Of a stretch of 64,000 nucleotides of DNA, positions 14,411-30,109 are shown one piece after another. The position numbers and the translations under genes were made by a program. The notes under the pieces are model-generated. The model was not told the DNA's origin, did no database searches, and saw only the letters and a list, made by a program, of their open reading frames with translations. The stretch is taken from NCBI RefSeq assembly GCF_009914755.1, contig NC_060926.1. One strand, written 5' to 3'. Origin of the DNA: the human T2T-CHM13v2.0 reference genome, Homo sapiens. The first letter of the stretch is position 1; each line of letters begins with the position of its first letter.

Positions 14411-14994
14411 CAGCAAGTCCTTGAATAATATCCTTTTGTTCAATGTTATTTTTTTATAACATTGATGAGAAAAAAAAATCAATTCCTGCCAGGCCACTGT
14501 CTGTGTGGAGTTGGTATGTCTCCCCATGTCTGTGTGGGTTTTCTCCAGGGACTTCAGGTTCCTCTCACATCCCAAGGCTATGCGTGAGAGATAAATTGGT
14601 GTGTCTACATGGTCCCAGCATCAGTGAGCATAAGTGTTCTGCAAAGGAACTGTGTCCTGTCCAGGGCTGGTTCCTGCTTTGTGTCCTAACTGCTGGGATA
14701 GATTCCAGCCACCTGCAACCCTGAGCTGGAATAATTGGGAAAATAATGGACTTACTTGTTTTTATTCACCTTTCTTAAGTACGTGTACAGTTCACATGTG
14801 TTTCAATGTTTAATATTAGAAGTGTTCTGGTCTCTGTTTAGAAGTTTAGTAATGTTTCTGTGACCAGGAATATGCCCTAGGAACTCAGCTCTTGCTTGTA
14901 TCAATTAGCCTCGGATAAAGTTGGTTTCTTTATATGTTGTTTTGCCTAAAGTCACAGCTTCTGAGAACCTACAACTTTAAGCAAGGACTTACTG
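14411..14994 (-). mobile_element. MER6/MER6A TcMar-Tigger non-autonomous DNA transposon
   Basis: Terminal inverted repeats cagcaagtcct...aggacttactg. Internal segment ctgtgtggagttggtatgtctccccatgtctgtgtgggttttctcc is typical of MER6. Confidence 0.8.
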
Positions 14995-15472
14995 TGCATT
15001 CTTCTCCTTTCCCCTGCTCCACTCTGCACCATAGGAACTACATTTTCCAGGCTCCCTTTATTTCTGGCTTCTGGGAAGGTTCAGCCAATGGGAAGCAATA
15101 GCAGAAGGCAGAAGCCTGGACAGTAAGAGGAGGGGGGGAAACAAGGCATTTCTCCCCTTCTCTGTGTCCTGTGCTGTTCCTAGCAGCACCCACTTCTCCC
15201 TCACTGCTCTAACTTCCACCATGTGCCCCTTCCCATCCATGGTTTTAGCTTCCATTGGACAGTCCAGCTTCTAGACTCTAATGTCACTCTGCCATTTCCC
15301 TCCATCCTTAAAGAGGGTGGTGACTTCCTGCTCTGCTAATTTCTAGATCATGACTGTCTCCTGTTGAGTATCTCAGCTATTCCATTATTTGGATAAGCCG
15401 TTTACTGTATTGAATTCCCTCTACTGAAAGGCCTAAAATAGTTCCCATTCCATGCTAGGCCCTGACCAATAC
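14995..15472 (+). mobile_element. ERVL-class LTR (LTR33/LTR16-like)
   Basis: actacattttccaggctccc...ttcagccaatgggaag and the end tgtattgaattccctct...ccctgaccaataca. Confidence 0.6.
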
Positions 15473-15926
15473 AATCAGGAAATTCTGTTTGTGCAACTTT
15501 AATCCAGTCATTCTTCACCATTTGTTTTTTGCTACCATCAGCTCTTGCCTAGATGACCACATTAGTTTCCCAACTGTGCTTCCACTCTCTCCTCCTGATA
15601 GCCTGTTCTTCATACAAAAGCCAAGGCATCCCTTAGAAACTATAAATCAGGTCATCCCACTCCCCTGTTAAAACTCCTCAGATGGTTTCCCTTTGCTGAC
15701 AATGAATCCTAAAATTCTCCCCACAGCCTATAAGGTCCGATATAAGTGGCTCCTAGATTCTTCTCCACACTATTTCTCTTCCTCTCTGTGGTTCTGCTCC
15801 AGCCATAATGGTCCAGGGACACGTCACACATACCCCTCCTTCAGGGCCTTTGCACTTGCTATACCCGCTACCTAACATGTTCCTCTTTCGATTAGTCACG
15901 TTTCAGTGTTTCACTTCATTCAAACC

Positions 15927-16365
15927 TGACAGAGCAAGAGAATCACCATCTTGGACAAGCACCGCCATTTTAAAATGCCCCTTGATCAAAAACCACCTAA
16001 ATCCAAAGGGCATCAGCCTAATGGCTAAGATCAGCATGACCATAAATCACAAATGACATCTCCGACCAGAAACATTCCAACAATAAGATAAACCCCTCCC
16101 TGACTGGAGGGATGTCAGCCCCAAGATAGCCTCTCCTCCAACCACAGACATTCCCACCCTGCAATAAACTTCTCCCCGCCACAGAAATATTCCAAGCCCG
16201 TGATAAGTTCTCTCACCCTGAACCCTTAAATACTATTAGTCTGTAAGAGAGAGCACTCTTGACAAAAATTGGCCAGAAGCCCCTGTCAGGTTTATTCTCC
16301 AAAATAAACCTGTCTTTGACCTTTCAGCTGCTTTTCATGTTTCTTTCCTTTCTTTACCTCTTACA
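15927..16365 (+). mobile_element. Solo LTR, LTR47-like (ERVL class)
   Basis: TG...CA termini with a perfect 5-bp TSD AAACC (15922-15926, 16366-16370). Internal AATAAA present. Confidence 0.8.
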
Positions 16366-16463
16366 AAACCTCTGTTCAAATGTCCCTTCTTCAGAAAGGC
16401 CTTTCCCAATCAGTCACTCTGAAGCCATGCCCTCATTATATCCCATCTATGAAGCCTGCTTGA

Positions 16464-16776
<313 letters not shown>

Positions 16777-17546
16777 CCTGCTTGATTTTTAAATAACATA
16801 AATCATTACTTGGAATTACATTACATTTTTTTATTATCTACCTTCCATATTAAAATATAAATACCATAAAGGCAGGGACCTTGTCTTTTTTTTTTCTCAA
16901 ACTTGCTCCATCCACAATACCTACAATGTTGCCTATTAAATAGTATGAACTCTATAAGTAGTCTTGAATCAATGAATAATAAATGATGAACCTATGTCAC
17001 ACTGTGAAAAACAAGTGGCACCAAGAAATAGTTGTCTTATTAAAATAAAAACGAAGATATAAACATTTCTCTAATTACATCAATACTCATGTTTAACATG
17101 GAAAACCACTGCAAACCAAGGTACTGCTTGGTAGTTATTACACGAGCTAAGTTAATAAAGTTGACTGTGGCCAGTGAGAAATTCTCCATGATCTATTCTT
17201 TCCACATCTCTGCTATCTTTCTTTCTCAGGCACTATTCCATGGTACCTATGTTCAGTGCACTTGGAACTGATGTGGTCAGGGAACCATACAGACTGTGTC
17301 TATAGCCCTTTAGTTTGTTCATTTTAATCATAAAGCTAGAAAAAGATATCTGAGATATTCAGGGTTACTGGCCTACCAACTACTTCTTTTGGCCACAAAT
17401 TACAGCTGGAACAGCCACTTGTTTATGAAATATGAAACTGAGAAATTCCTAAGAACTCAGTAGGCCAAAGTGGATTTCTTCCTGCTGAAGTCAAAATTCA
17501 TTCATTTCTCTATCCTTCCATCTTCTGCTTCTTGGCTTTACGTACT

Positions 17547-18326
<780 letters not shown>

Positions 18327-18452
18327 AAAGCACTCTCTGGATTACTTATCACCATTAACAGGAGCTGTTTGGAGACATGAAATTTCCAGGAGTTGCAAAA
18401 GTGTATTTATGAGGTTTTTAACTGATGGGAAAAGGAAGACAAGTTTTAAGTG

Positions 18453-18454
18453 TT

Positions 18455-18489
<35 letters not shown>

Positions 18490-18492
18490 TTT
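18453..18492. repeat. (TTTA)n tetranucleotide microsatellite
   Basis: Read directly. Confidence 0.95.
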
Positions 18493-19239
18493 TTTGAATT
18501 TCTTTTCTTTATTTGACTTAAAAATGGGATGCTTGAAGATAGAAATTTTTGTTCAACACTGCCATGTGAAATAATGATTACATTAATTCTCTAAAATATT
18601 AAAAGATGCTTCATTTGAAAAGGAAAAGTAATCAGGAAGGAAATGAAGATATATTTAGAGTATCAGGAAGCGATGAAACGCAGCATTTCATGGGAAGTCT
18701 ATTTGGATGCACACATCAGCACGCCTGCTGTGCAGTGTGCTGCACAGCTCACCTTGTTTGGTCACTCTACAAATGACGGAAAGATTGTAATTGGCATTTT
18801 CTTGCAAAGGTGTACTTGGCCCAAAACTTTTAAAGTTTTAGTCCCAAGGCTTTCTTTCTTTAAAAGTAAATTCAAAATCAATTCCCTAGTAAAATTTGAA
18901 AATGCTGGAATTAGGCCCAGGATTCGATTCCCAGTTAGAATTTCTCCCCACAATATGCTAGGGGAAAACACTGGTGGGATTTAGATATAAATGGCTTCAC
19001 TTCCTTCAATCACCTAAGAATGATAACCAAACAAATAATTGAGTTACTGACTCAGCTGGGGTGCCATCTGGCATAATGAACAGTGTATGACCAACGCCTC
19101 ACTTTGAAGCTTTTCCTAAAATGAAGTAAAATATGCATAGGCTCTTTATAGAGTCTCTGTTGTGTCACAAAAGTTAGGTTAGTCTAGCAATTTTGGTAAA
19201 GGCCGAGCTTAGTCGCCATCCTCCAGTCTCCAGCATGGA

Positions 19240-19575
19240 CCTTATCTTAATCCACCTGGGTAGCTTATAAACAAGAGAAATTTATTTCCCACAGTTCTGG
19301 AGGCTGGAAAGTCCAAGATCAAGGCACTGGCAGTTTTGGTGTCTGGTGAGGGCTTCTGGGGTCATAGATACCTGCCTTCTGGCTATGTCTTCACATGGTA
19401 GAAGGAAGGAGTGAATGAGCTCTCTGGGGCCTCTTTCATAAGAACACTAATTCCATTCATAAGAGCTCCACCCTCATGAAATAATCACCTCCCAAGGCGC
19501 CACCTCCAAATACCATCACAATGGGGATGAGGTTTCAACATATGAATTGTGGGGGGACATAAACATTCAATCCTG
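19240..19575 (-). mobile_element. MLT1A-type MaLR LTR
   Basis: gggtagcttataaacaagagaaatttatttcccacagttctggaggctgg...ggggacataaacattca. Confidence 0.8.
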
Positions 19576-21162
19576 AATAAAGTTGTGGATCCATGTCTGT
19601 CAAATCTATGCTTATTGTGAAGGAAGAAGTCTTTTCTCTAAACGGAAAAAAAAAGTCTGTTATTTTCTCGGTAAAGAGTAAAAATCTTCAGAATAAACAG
19701 CAGCATCTCTGCCCTGGAAGGTCGGTTGAGAGTGGCACCTGGTTCCACGATGGGAAAAGCAATCTGGGGAGGCTGGAAATGTCAGAGCCCATGCTGTCCT
19801 TATGGGAGAAGTGGCTTTTTGATCTTGGAGCTTCCTTTTATTCTATGTGTGATTCCTGGCCATGGCTGTCCCCTTGTGCCCCATAATCCCTAAATAAATG
19901 ATAGCTCCTGAGAAATCCTCAGTGGAATTGCTTCTTTTGCAAGGAAATGTGCCAGTCTTAATTCTACTGGCTTCTTACTTTGACCTTTGGTGGATAAAGG
20001 CAGGAGCGAATCCAAAATAGGAAGCGTTGGTAGTTTGGGGCCTTATAATGTAAAATTGTGCCTGAACTTGAAACAGGATCCAAGGATACTTTTACCGTTC
20101 TGTTACCTCCAGCTCAGCCACCATCACCCATATTTGCATTTCCCCCATCTGTCCCTTTCAACCGTTTACACATCACACAATTTTACATCTTCTCTGATGA
20201 TCTATTGTTTTTCATTTATTTTAACTCTAAAAACCTTTAAGAGCATCTAATTTCAGAGATGTATACCCTTCTACTAGCTTTGTTGATTATTTTTCTTCTG
20301 AAGATTAAATGTGTTTCAGAATATCACCTACACTAGCAGTTAACTTTCATTTGAGTATTTTGGCTTCACCCAACACAAGGTAATAAATCCTGGGTTGTTT
20401 TAAAAAAATAACACTCAGTGAAATTAATTTGGAATAAATGTGATGGTGCATATACTTATTTTAAAGTGGCAAATATTTATCTACAGGGACACAGCCTGAC
20501 CAAACCAAATGCATTACCTTTGTATGCAAAAATGATGCCATGATGACTCCAGAGAAGGGCAGATTTCATGGCTTCTATTTTGCAGTAAGCAGTACAGATT
20601 GTGGTTGGTTGATCCATTCTACAGAAACCAGTCCTCATGAGCTGGAGCTCACACCTACAAAAGGTTTGCTAGTATGGAGATGTTTCAATTTTTGTGAGCA
20701 GTTAATGCTATTATTATTTTTATTGAAAACTAATTGGCCCTTGTGGAGAGAGTGATTAGACTACTGCTTATTGAATACTTCTTATGTTCAATCACTGATA
20801 GGACCTGTGTTCAATCACTGATAGGAGCTGCATCTCCTGTAAAGTCCTTCATCTCCTTTGAAGTCCAACGACTTCACTGAGGTAGATTCTCTTATGCCCA
20901 TTATAATGGTGAGAGGTTCAGCCAAGTTAAGAAGTTTATGTGGGGATGGAAGAGCTTTCTGATTCCAGAGCCTGTAGTCTTTTCACTCGGATCATTAGCA
21001 GAGAGCTTAATCATCGTACATGATTCACTGGCTTAAATGTAGACAGATTAAAAAAGCTCTCAGAATTGAAGGAGAGAAAAAAAACTCAAAACTCAAGAAG
21101 AAATTCTCCTAAACTCACAGTTTACATCTTTTTAAATGACCATGGTAACCATCCATAAGTGA

Positions 21163-21580
<418 letters not shown>

Positions 21581-22861
21581 TAAAGAGCAGTCACCTTGGA
21601 GGAGCTGGTCCTCAGGGCTTCCTGTCAGGACAGTGCTCCCTTGATGCATGGGGGTCAGTTCACACACCCCTGATAAGTGCCACTTGAGTTTACATCATAC
21701 TTTTATATTTTGTACATTTAAATTTTATAGTTGTTAACTCACAAACCATCCAAATCATCTTTGTCATTCTTCACTACTAATAGTGCTGAGCTCTCAAAGG
21801 GGATGTCATATTAGATTCTATTTCCTCTTGTTGAAAATCTGGAGGTTTCTCAAGAAATGAAAGTAACTTGGGGAACATTAACATAAATAGAAAGAAAAAT
21901 GGCATCTTTGTTTTCTGTTGAGCCTTTGTGACCTTTCTAGAGGCTACTGTGGATGAACTTAAGGTCCCATCTTTTTTTTTTTTCCATGTCCTGAAGGAAG
22001 CTAAGTGTATGTACACGATGACATTTTTCATTTTGATATAGTTGGTCTGTTTTCCAGACTATAGAAAACTGGGAAATGAATTTTCTTTCAAATAAAAGTT
22101 GAAACCCTTTGGGAAAGTAAAAGAATTCAAGAAATATAGAGAAATGGCTGTTTCCAAGCCAACAGGAAGAAGGGAGAGTCTTTTTGGTTTTCAAATTAGT
22201 TGTTAGGGAAAACGTTTTTCTTCCCATCAAACTTTCACTTTTTCTTCTTTAAAATAGATTAATCATAGCTGTGTAGGTTTAGTTTTCTGCCTGCTTGTTA
22301 AAATGTGGAAAATATGAACAGTGGCTTCAAACTTTTATGAGTAAATTGTCATTTTGTGCCTTTTATTGGCCCGTATTTCAAACCCCACATTGCAGGAACT
22401 CACTGCTTACTTCTGCGCTATTCACTGGCAAGAGTATGCTAATGGGTTATGCAGACCATGTCTTTATGAATTGACAATAAATTCCAAAGGACAAAACAGC
22501 TTCCAACCATAATTCAGTAGTATAAAACTGTTCTGTCAACAAATCTGATGGTTTTTTTGGTGTTCACACATTTTAGGACCCCATCATGCACAGACACCTG
22601 CTCATTTTTCCTGCTTAAAAAAGACCAAATTTGTTCTGTCTTTTTTACTCTTAAAAATCAAAATAGCACCATGGTGAAATTATACTACCTGCTTTAGTCT
22701 TCAAAATTATTCTTTAGAGCACAAAAGGCAGACATACTGGGCAGACCAGAGAGTGAACACTGGCTGTGTCACTCTGGACAAGTCATTATTTTTTCTGAAT
22801 CTCAGTTTTATTATATTTAGTATGGGGGAATGATAAGGGGTAACTGTAAAGCCATGTGTGA

Positions 22862-23355
22862 TCTTAAGACTAGCACCACCAGCATTGACTGGGAACTTGT
22901 TAGAAATGCAAATTGTGGCCGGGAGCTGTGGCTCACACCTGTAACCTCAACACTTTGGGAGGCCGAGGAGGGCAGATCACAAGGTCAGGAGATCAAGACT
23001 ATCCTGGCTAACATGGTGAAACCCTGTCTCTACTAAAAATACAAAAAATTAGCTGGATGTGGTGGCACGTGCCTGTAGTCCCAACTACTCAGGAGGCTGA
23101 GGCAGGAGAATCACTTGAACCCGGGAGGCAAGGGTTGCAGTGAGCCAAGATCACGCCATTGCACTACAGCCTGGGTAACAGAGAGAAACTCTGTCTCAAA
23201 AAACAAACAAACAAACAAACAAAAAAAAAAGTGCAAATTGTAAGGCCCTACCCAGATCCAGTGAACCAGAAACTCTAGGTTAAGGCCCAGCAATGTATGT
23301 TGTAACAAGCCTTCCAGGTAATTCTGATACACACTCAAGCTTCAGAATCATTTCT
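22862..23355. mobile_element. MER5A-like hAT-Charlie element split by an Alu
   Basis: gggaacttgttagaaatgcaaatt [Alu] ccagatccagtgaaccagaaactctagg...taacaagccttccaggtaattctgat. Confidence 0.75.
22917..23230 (+). mobile_element. AluSc/Y-like element with (CAAA)n tail
   Basis: Full Alu dimer, with TSD tgcaaattgt on both sides. Confidence 0.95.
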
Positions 23356-23698
23356 GTAAAGATTTACCACAATATACACAAAGGGCTTGTTTGCCACATT
23401 GCAGAAGCACAAGAAATAGCAGCTATTCTCCTTTTGTTATTATCATCATTGTACAGAAGAAACTGAAGCACAGAACCAGGTGCTTCAGCAACAGCAGTGG
23501 GCCTTGTCACTCAGCCGAGTGGTGGGGACAGCCTGCTCCTCCACTCTGCACTCTCTCTTTATGGATGATAGTAGACAGTGATATAAATCCTGATTCTAAG
23601 TGTAAAAGGTGTCCCACGTAGCATGTTGCCTAGTTCTGGCATGGATGATGCATTCAGGCTTTAATGTGGAGACTATAGCTCTTTTGACATGATAGATT

Positions 23699-24979
23699 TT
23701 TTTTAAATTATATTTTAAGTTCTAGGGTACATGTGCACAATGTGCAGGTTTGTTACACATGTATACATGTGCCATGTTGGTGTGCTGCACCTGTTAACTC
23801 GTCCTTTACATTAGGTATATCTCCTAATGCTATCCCTCCCCACTCCCCCCTCCCCACGACAGGCCCTGGTGTGTGATGTTCTCCATCCTGTGTCCAAGTG
23901 TTCTCATTGTTCAATTCCCACCTATGAGTGAGAACATGCAGTGTTTGGTTTTCTGTCCTTGCAATAGTTTGCTCAAAATATTGGTTTCCAGCTTCATCCA
24001 TGTCCCTACAAAGGACATGAACTCATCCTTGTTTATGGCTGCATAGTATTCCATGGTGTATATGTGCCACATTTTCTTAATCCAGTCTATCATTGATGGA
24101 CATCTGGGTTGGTTCCAAGTCTTTGCTATTGTGAATAGTGTCGCAATAAACATACGTGTGCATGTGTCTTTATAGCAGCATGATTTATAATCCTTTGGGT
24201 ATATACCCAGTAATGGGATGGCTGGGTCAAATGATATTTCTAGTTCTAGATCCCTGAGGAATCGCCACACTGACTTCCACAGTGGTTGAACTAGCTTACA
24301 GTCCCACCAACAATGTAAAAGTGTTCCTATTTCTCCACATCCTCTCCAGCACCTGTTGCTTCCTGACTTGTTAATGATCGCCATTCTAACTGGTGTGAGA
24401 TGGTATCTCATTGTGGTTTTGATTTGCATTTCTCTGATGGCCAATGATGATGAGCATTTTTTCATGTGTCTGTTGGCTGCATAAATGTCTTCTTTTGAGA
24501 AGTGTCTGTTCATATCCTTCACTCACTTTTTGATGGGGTTGATTTTTTCTTGTAAAGTTGTTTAAGTTCTTTGTAGATTCTGGATTAGCCCTTTGTCAGA
24601 TGGGTAGATTACAAAAATTTTCTCCCATTCTGTAGGTTGCCTGTTCACTCTGATGGTAGTTTCTTTTGCTGTGCCGAAGCTCTTTAGTTTAATTAGATCC
24701 CATTTGTCAATTTTGGCTTTTGCTGCTATTGCTTTTGGTGTTTTAGTCATGAAGTCCTTGCCCATGCCTATGTCCTGCATGGTATTGCCTAAGTTTTCTT
24801 CTAGGGTTTTTATGGTTTTAGGTCTAACATTTCAGTCTTTAATCCACCTTGAATTAATTTTTGTATAAGGTGTAAGGAAGGGATCCAGTTTCAGCTTTCT
24901 ACATATGGCTAGCCAGTTTTCCCAGCACCATTTATTAAATCGGGAATCCTTTCCCCATTTCTTGTTTTTGTCAGGTTTG
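23699..24979 (-). mobile_element. 5'-truncated L1PA (about L1PA4/5), ORF2 C-terminus plus 3' UTR
   Basis: ORFs 23911..24522 and 24562..24780 translate to the L1 ORF2p C-terminus ([18 protein letters not shown]) and are frameshifted. TSD atgatagatt at 23689-23698 and 24982-24991. Confidence 0.97.
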
Positions 24980-25251
24980 AAATGATAGATTAATATTAAC
25001 CCATCTTTCTCTTTTGAGGACAGTACTGGTGACTACATTCTGTCAATAAACATTTATGGACTTCAAACCATGTTCAAGGCTTGATGCTGGGCCAGGCAAT
25101 GAGTAAGAAATGATCTTTCTCCTAAATTTCTGACATCACAAATTTTGACATTACTAATGATCTGTTTAGATTCATATGTTTTTAGAAGTGGAAGTCGTTT
25201 TCTTGAGACAATCCATTTCAACTTTCAAATTCTGCCTTTCAGAGAGCTAAG

Positions 25252-25605
25252 GCAGTGGGTCTCTTTCCTGCATGCTGGTTACAATCCCCTGGGCCGGGGG
25301 GGGGCTTTTAAGCAATACTAATAGGGATATCCATCCAAGAAATTCTGATTTAATCGGTCTAGAATTTAGTCGGCAATAGGTCTGTGGGTAGGAAGCTTTT
25401 AATATAAGTAATATACTTAACGATAAATACAATAAGTATTACATATATAAATATAATATATACATAGTTGGGATATACTTAAACTAAAAGCTATTCCTTG
25501 TTTATCTGATATTATAGTTTAACCAGGCAGCCTATATTTTTATTTGTTAAATCTGGCAACACCGTGGAAAGATTCTAAAGTCTATCCTAGGCTGAGAAAT
25601 CATCT
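25252..25605. mobile_element. MER5B-like element with nested MER53-like MITE (~25410-25563)
   Basis: aattctgatttaatcggtctag (MER5B-like) and tttttatttgttaaatctggcaac (MER53-like terminus). Confidence 0.55.
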
Positions 25606-25886
25606 TGTAGGGTTTCCACTGAAATACCACAGGTAATGAGGGCGGGATAAGAGAGCAGGGTGCCATCTGGGCCCATTACACACAAAGTTTTATCTGTTTT
25701 ACTTATTTGGTCTCTGGTCTCTGTAACATTTCACTTGAAAAAAATGGCTTGAAAAAGTTTGCAAACATCTAATCTAATCATATCAAAACTTAAAACCCAG
25801 AGAAGATGTCTCTTAGCCAGGTTCTCATAGCTAATTAATTGCAAAACAAAATACCAGGTCTCTTTCTCTTTCTATTACATCAGATA

Positions 25887-25912
25887 CTGCTGCTGCTGCT
25901 GCTGCTGCTGCT
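25887..25912. repeat. (CTG)8 trinucleotide repeat
   Basis: Read directly. Confidence 0.97.
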
Positions 25913-27246
25913 ATGTCCCTTTTCCTCTTGTTAAGTGATAGTTCAGGAATAGGAGGTGCTATGATCCTATATCTAAAAGTGTTTGGCAAACATTTGGCAA
26001 ACCCATTAAGATATGCCAGACACATATAAAGAGATGCTAGGTGCTGAACATGGGGATTAAGATGAGGTTTTAGTTCTCAAGGAGCTGATACAGGAAAAGA
26101 AACACAAATAGTGTTTCTGTTCCTACAAAAAAATACCACTTATGTCTATGACTTGTTCCCTCCACAATGTGATTATTCAAAGCACCTTTCTTTGGTCCTC
26201 AATTTAAAAATGGTGAGGTGAGAGGACAGCACTGGGTTCCCAGAGGCAACCGGATGGAACCTGGAATCTAACCTAGATTTTCATTATGAAAGTTATAGGA
26301 ATGAAGAATCCATAATGACAAAAGACACAAGGATGACTGTACTTTGGGCTGTGGGATGACTCACAATGGCTATATCTGTCAGGCTTTTTGGCAAATGGTC
26401 TCACATGGTCTCCAATTAAGTGAACCACATAGAATTTAAAAGTTGCAGGGAGTAAAAGAACGTGTCCTTCCATTTTTGGGGAATACATTTACTCCCATCC
26501 AGATTAAAATGGGTAAGCACTAATGGTGCTTCTGTGCTATAGGGAAAAATGAAACATAAATAGGCAATGCATGGGGTGGAGGTAAGACATTCTCCACTGA
26601 GCTCCCGTCCACTGTCACTTTGGAAAGGTTTGTGATGAGCAACATCAGAGGATGGCTGCTCCCTGGCACCACTCTTGGATGCCAATGACCCAGAAATTTA
26701 AGGGGACTCCAGCCTCTTCTCGCTCCTCAGGGACCAGGGAAGATATTTTAGGTGATCAGTTGGCTTAGGGAAAGAGGAAGAGGAAGCAAGATTAACAAGC
26801 CATAAACAGATCAACTTAAAGGGGCAAGAGAGCTCCAGAGATACAGTTGTCTCTGGACTTGGAGACTGGAGTTCCCAACATTGAGGGACTTATTGTATGT
26901 TTAATTATTTCTAAACTCCAGTTTGGACTTAGAATCCAAACAGCCCCCAAGGCTCACACAATGTGGAGAAAATGGCAGTTTATTCACACCATTCACAGAA
27001 TAATTACTCATTTCTAGGTCTTGGTACTTTCTGTTTTTCTTCATCATTTCTTCTTTTCTACCACCATCATCACTCCCAATCAAACTATCTCCTCCATGCC
27101 CTGAAGTTTCATGACTTCAGGTTACTGTTTGGCTGTGATTTCCAAACCTCCCATCACTTTCTCCCAGGAACCTCGGGGTAGGAATCTCTGACTTGCAGAG
27201 TGATTTTTAGGATTTATAATCTGAGTCTGTTATCATTTGAGGATTA

Positions 27247-27560
<314 letters not shown>

Positions 27561-28329
27561 TAAAAAGTATTTAATTATTACTAGATGTCCAACAAAGTTG
27601 TGAAAAATTTAAAAATAAATGACATGCTCAAATACATATATATCCAAACAAACGCTCTTCTTTTCAATATTGTCATGTTGGGACATGTAAAAGTATTCTG
27701 ACAATTCATCTTGGAAATTCTTTTTTGGAAATTATTTTCAGAATCAGTTCATGAGCTTTATTACTTCATGTTAGATTTTAATTTTGACTGAAAGTTGTAT
27801 TATTGCCTGGATTTACTAGATTTGCTTTTGAATGACACCGGCTGATTCCAAAAGCCAAATTCATCCCCAGTGGATGAAGATTTGCTCCCTTTAAGGGAAC
27901 ATGAATATCATAATAAACAATGAGTCAGATTTTCCTCTATGGTCCATTGCGATGGCTGACGTTGAAGACTTGGAGTTGCTGTTGTTATTGGTGGGAGTGC
28001 ACAGAGGAGAGCATTGAGATGGCATGACCAACGGACTGAATTACTGACTGGGTCATTCATTCATTCATTCATTCAACAAACATTTATAATGCACTTATTT
28101 TGTATAAGTATTGTGATAGGTTGTAGAGATTACCAAGATAAATAAAATGTGGAAATAAGCTAGATGATTAAGATCCTTTCTAGTTATTTTATTTATACAT
28201 ATTTCATAATGTTTGAATCCCTAATAGTATTCTGGGCAAATCCAGCACTGCTGACATACATGGATAACCCCCTGGCCCTTATTTGTACATCTAAGTTCTG
28301 ATGTGCCAGTTAAAAAATGTACTGAGTTT

Positions 28330-29930
28330 AACTGAAGTCACCCCTTAGTCACATCTGAATGACCCCTGTTGAAGCCATCTCTTACCCTTCTCCTGCCCCT
28401 GAAACCCTTCCCAGTGCTCTTGAAACTCAAGGCCAATTAGCAGAAAAGCTACCTATATCTTCAACCTCTTTTCTGAAGGTGTCTTTCACCTTGTAGTTCT
28501 AACTGAAATTTGATTTCCCTTGGGGAAGTGGCTTTCTTTGGAACCCTTTCAAGTGGTGGCTTTTTTCTTTTCTATACTTTTTGTATCACTGAGCCCAGAG
28601 GTGAAGTAGGTATCCGTCTTTCCTACTTCCTGCTCCAGGAATGAATTTCATGTCATCTGACTGCCAGACTGCCACCTGCCTCCCCTCCTTGTTATAAACA
28701 TCGATTGAACTCCTGGTCATTCTTCCTAGCTCTTTGACATTTTAGCTTGCCACATACTATCAGACTCTCCAATACAACTCTAGCCACAAATCTTGATGAT
28801 TTCAATGCCAACACAGGTGAACACCTGAGCTGTGATCTCTCTTCTGCACATCTCCTCTGTGCACTCCCACCAATAACAACAGCAACTCCAAGTCCTCAAC
28901 TTCAGACTTCTCACTCTCCAAAGAGCACCTCCTGGTTTATCTGCTTATTCTCTCTAATACTTAAACTCAACAGTCCTTTGGAATCTACCATCCATTGAGT
29001 CTACCAATGTTTTATGGTTCCTCATACCTTTCGTGTCCACATTTCCATTCCTACTCAGTTTAGTCTCCATGGTTCATTGTAATCATTTCCCTTTAAACAC
29101 CCTTAACTCCACTGCCCCTCTCTCTGTGTACCACTAACAAAACCTAACTGTGTGAAGTCTAACACTCTACCTGCTTTACATTCATGCTATTGAACATGGA
29201 TGTAGATAAATACACAACTATGCTCACTGGTCTCATTTAACTCACAATTACTAACTTCAAATTGATAAGATCCTGATAAGTTTCTCTAGTCCATTCCCTC
29301 TCCTCCTTTCCCAGACTATTTCACACTTTCTCTTGCTTCTTGAAAACTGCAATGCCTTCTAACTTATACTTAACTCTCAGTTGACAATCTTGCTTTCTGT
29401 ATCTCTCAGGATAGAAGAAATCAGAAGAGAATTCTGACAAGGTTCCATCCATGTCTAACAGCATCTGCCCATAAGTTGTCCTCCCCTCTGCTCACTCTGG
29501 ATAGACATCATGTTTCTATGTAAGGGAAGCCCTTCCACTGTTTCTCATCTCTTACATCATCAGTTTTTCTCTCTCTCTCTGCTGGATTACTTCCATCAGC
29601 ATACAATGTGTGGTAATTTCTCTCATCCTTAAAAAAAAACCCTCTCCAGTGACCCCATTTATCTATACCCTTTTATAGCAAAAATCTTTGAAAGATTTAT
29701 ATATACTTACCATCTCCAATTCCTCTCTTTTTACCCTCCCTTGATCCCTCTCCAATCAGACTACCCCTATCATTCTACTAATAAGTCTCCTGTCAAGATC
29801 TCCAATGACTCCATATTACACGAAAGGTTAATTCTCAGTTCTTATGTGACTTGACCTATCAGTGTCATTTGATATATTTGATCTCTTCTTTCCCCTTGAA
29901 AACTCTTTCATAATCATAATCTACGTTTAA
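28330..29930 (+). mobile_element. Long L2 ORF2-region relic
   Basis: Pyrimidine-rich degenerate L2 motifs (ttgatgatttcaat, caagatctccaatgactccat, tgacctatcagtgtcatttgat, cttgaaaactcttt). Confidence 0.65.
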
Positions 29931-30109
29931 AAGTCTAGTCAGGTTTAAAATGTAAGTTGCTTTGCAAAGCCCCAGTGGTATCAAATTCTGAATCATGATG
30001 TGTTCACCTCCATGTGGGAAATATTGGGAGAAAATGAAAAAAAAATAATGAAAAACAAAAAAAGGACCCAAGAGCATGCCTTTAAAATACTTGATGCCCA
30101 CATTTTAAC

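Noticed and set aside
23911-24522. 203-aa ORF as a gene
   Set aside because: It is the L1 ORF2p C-terminus in a 5'-truncated, frameshifted copy with no promoter.
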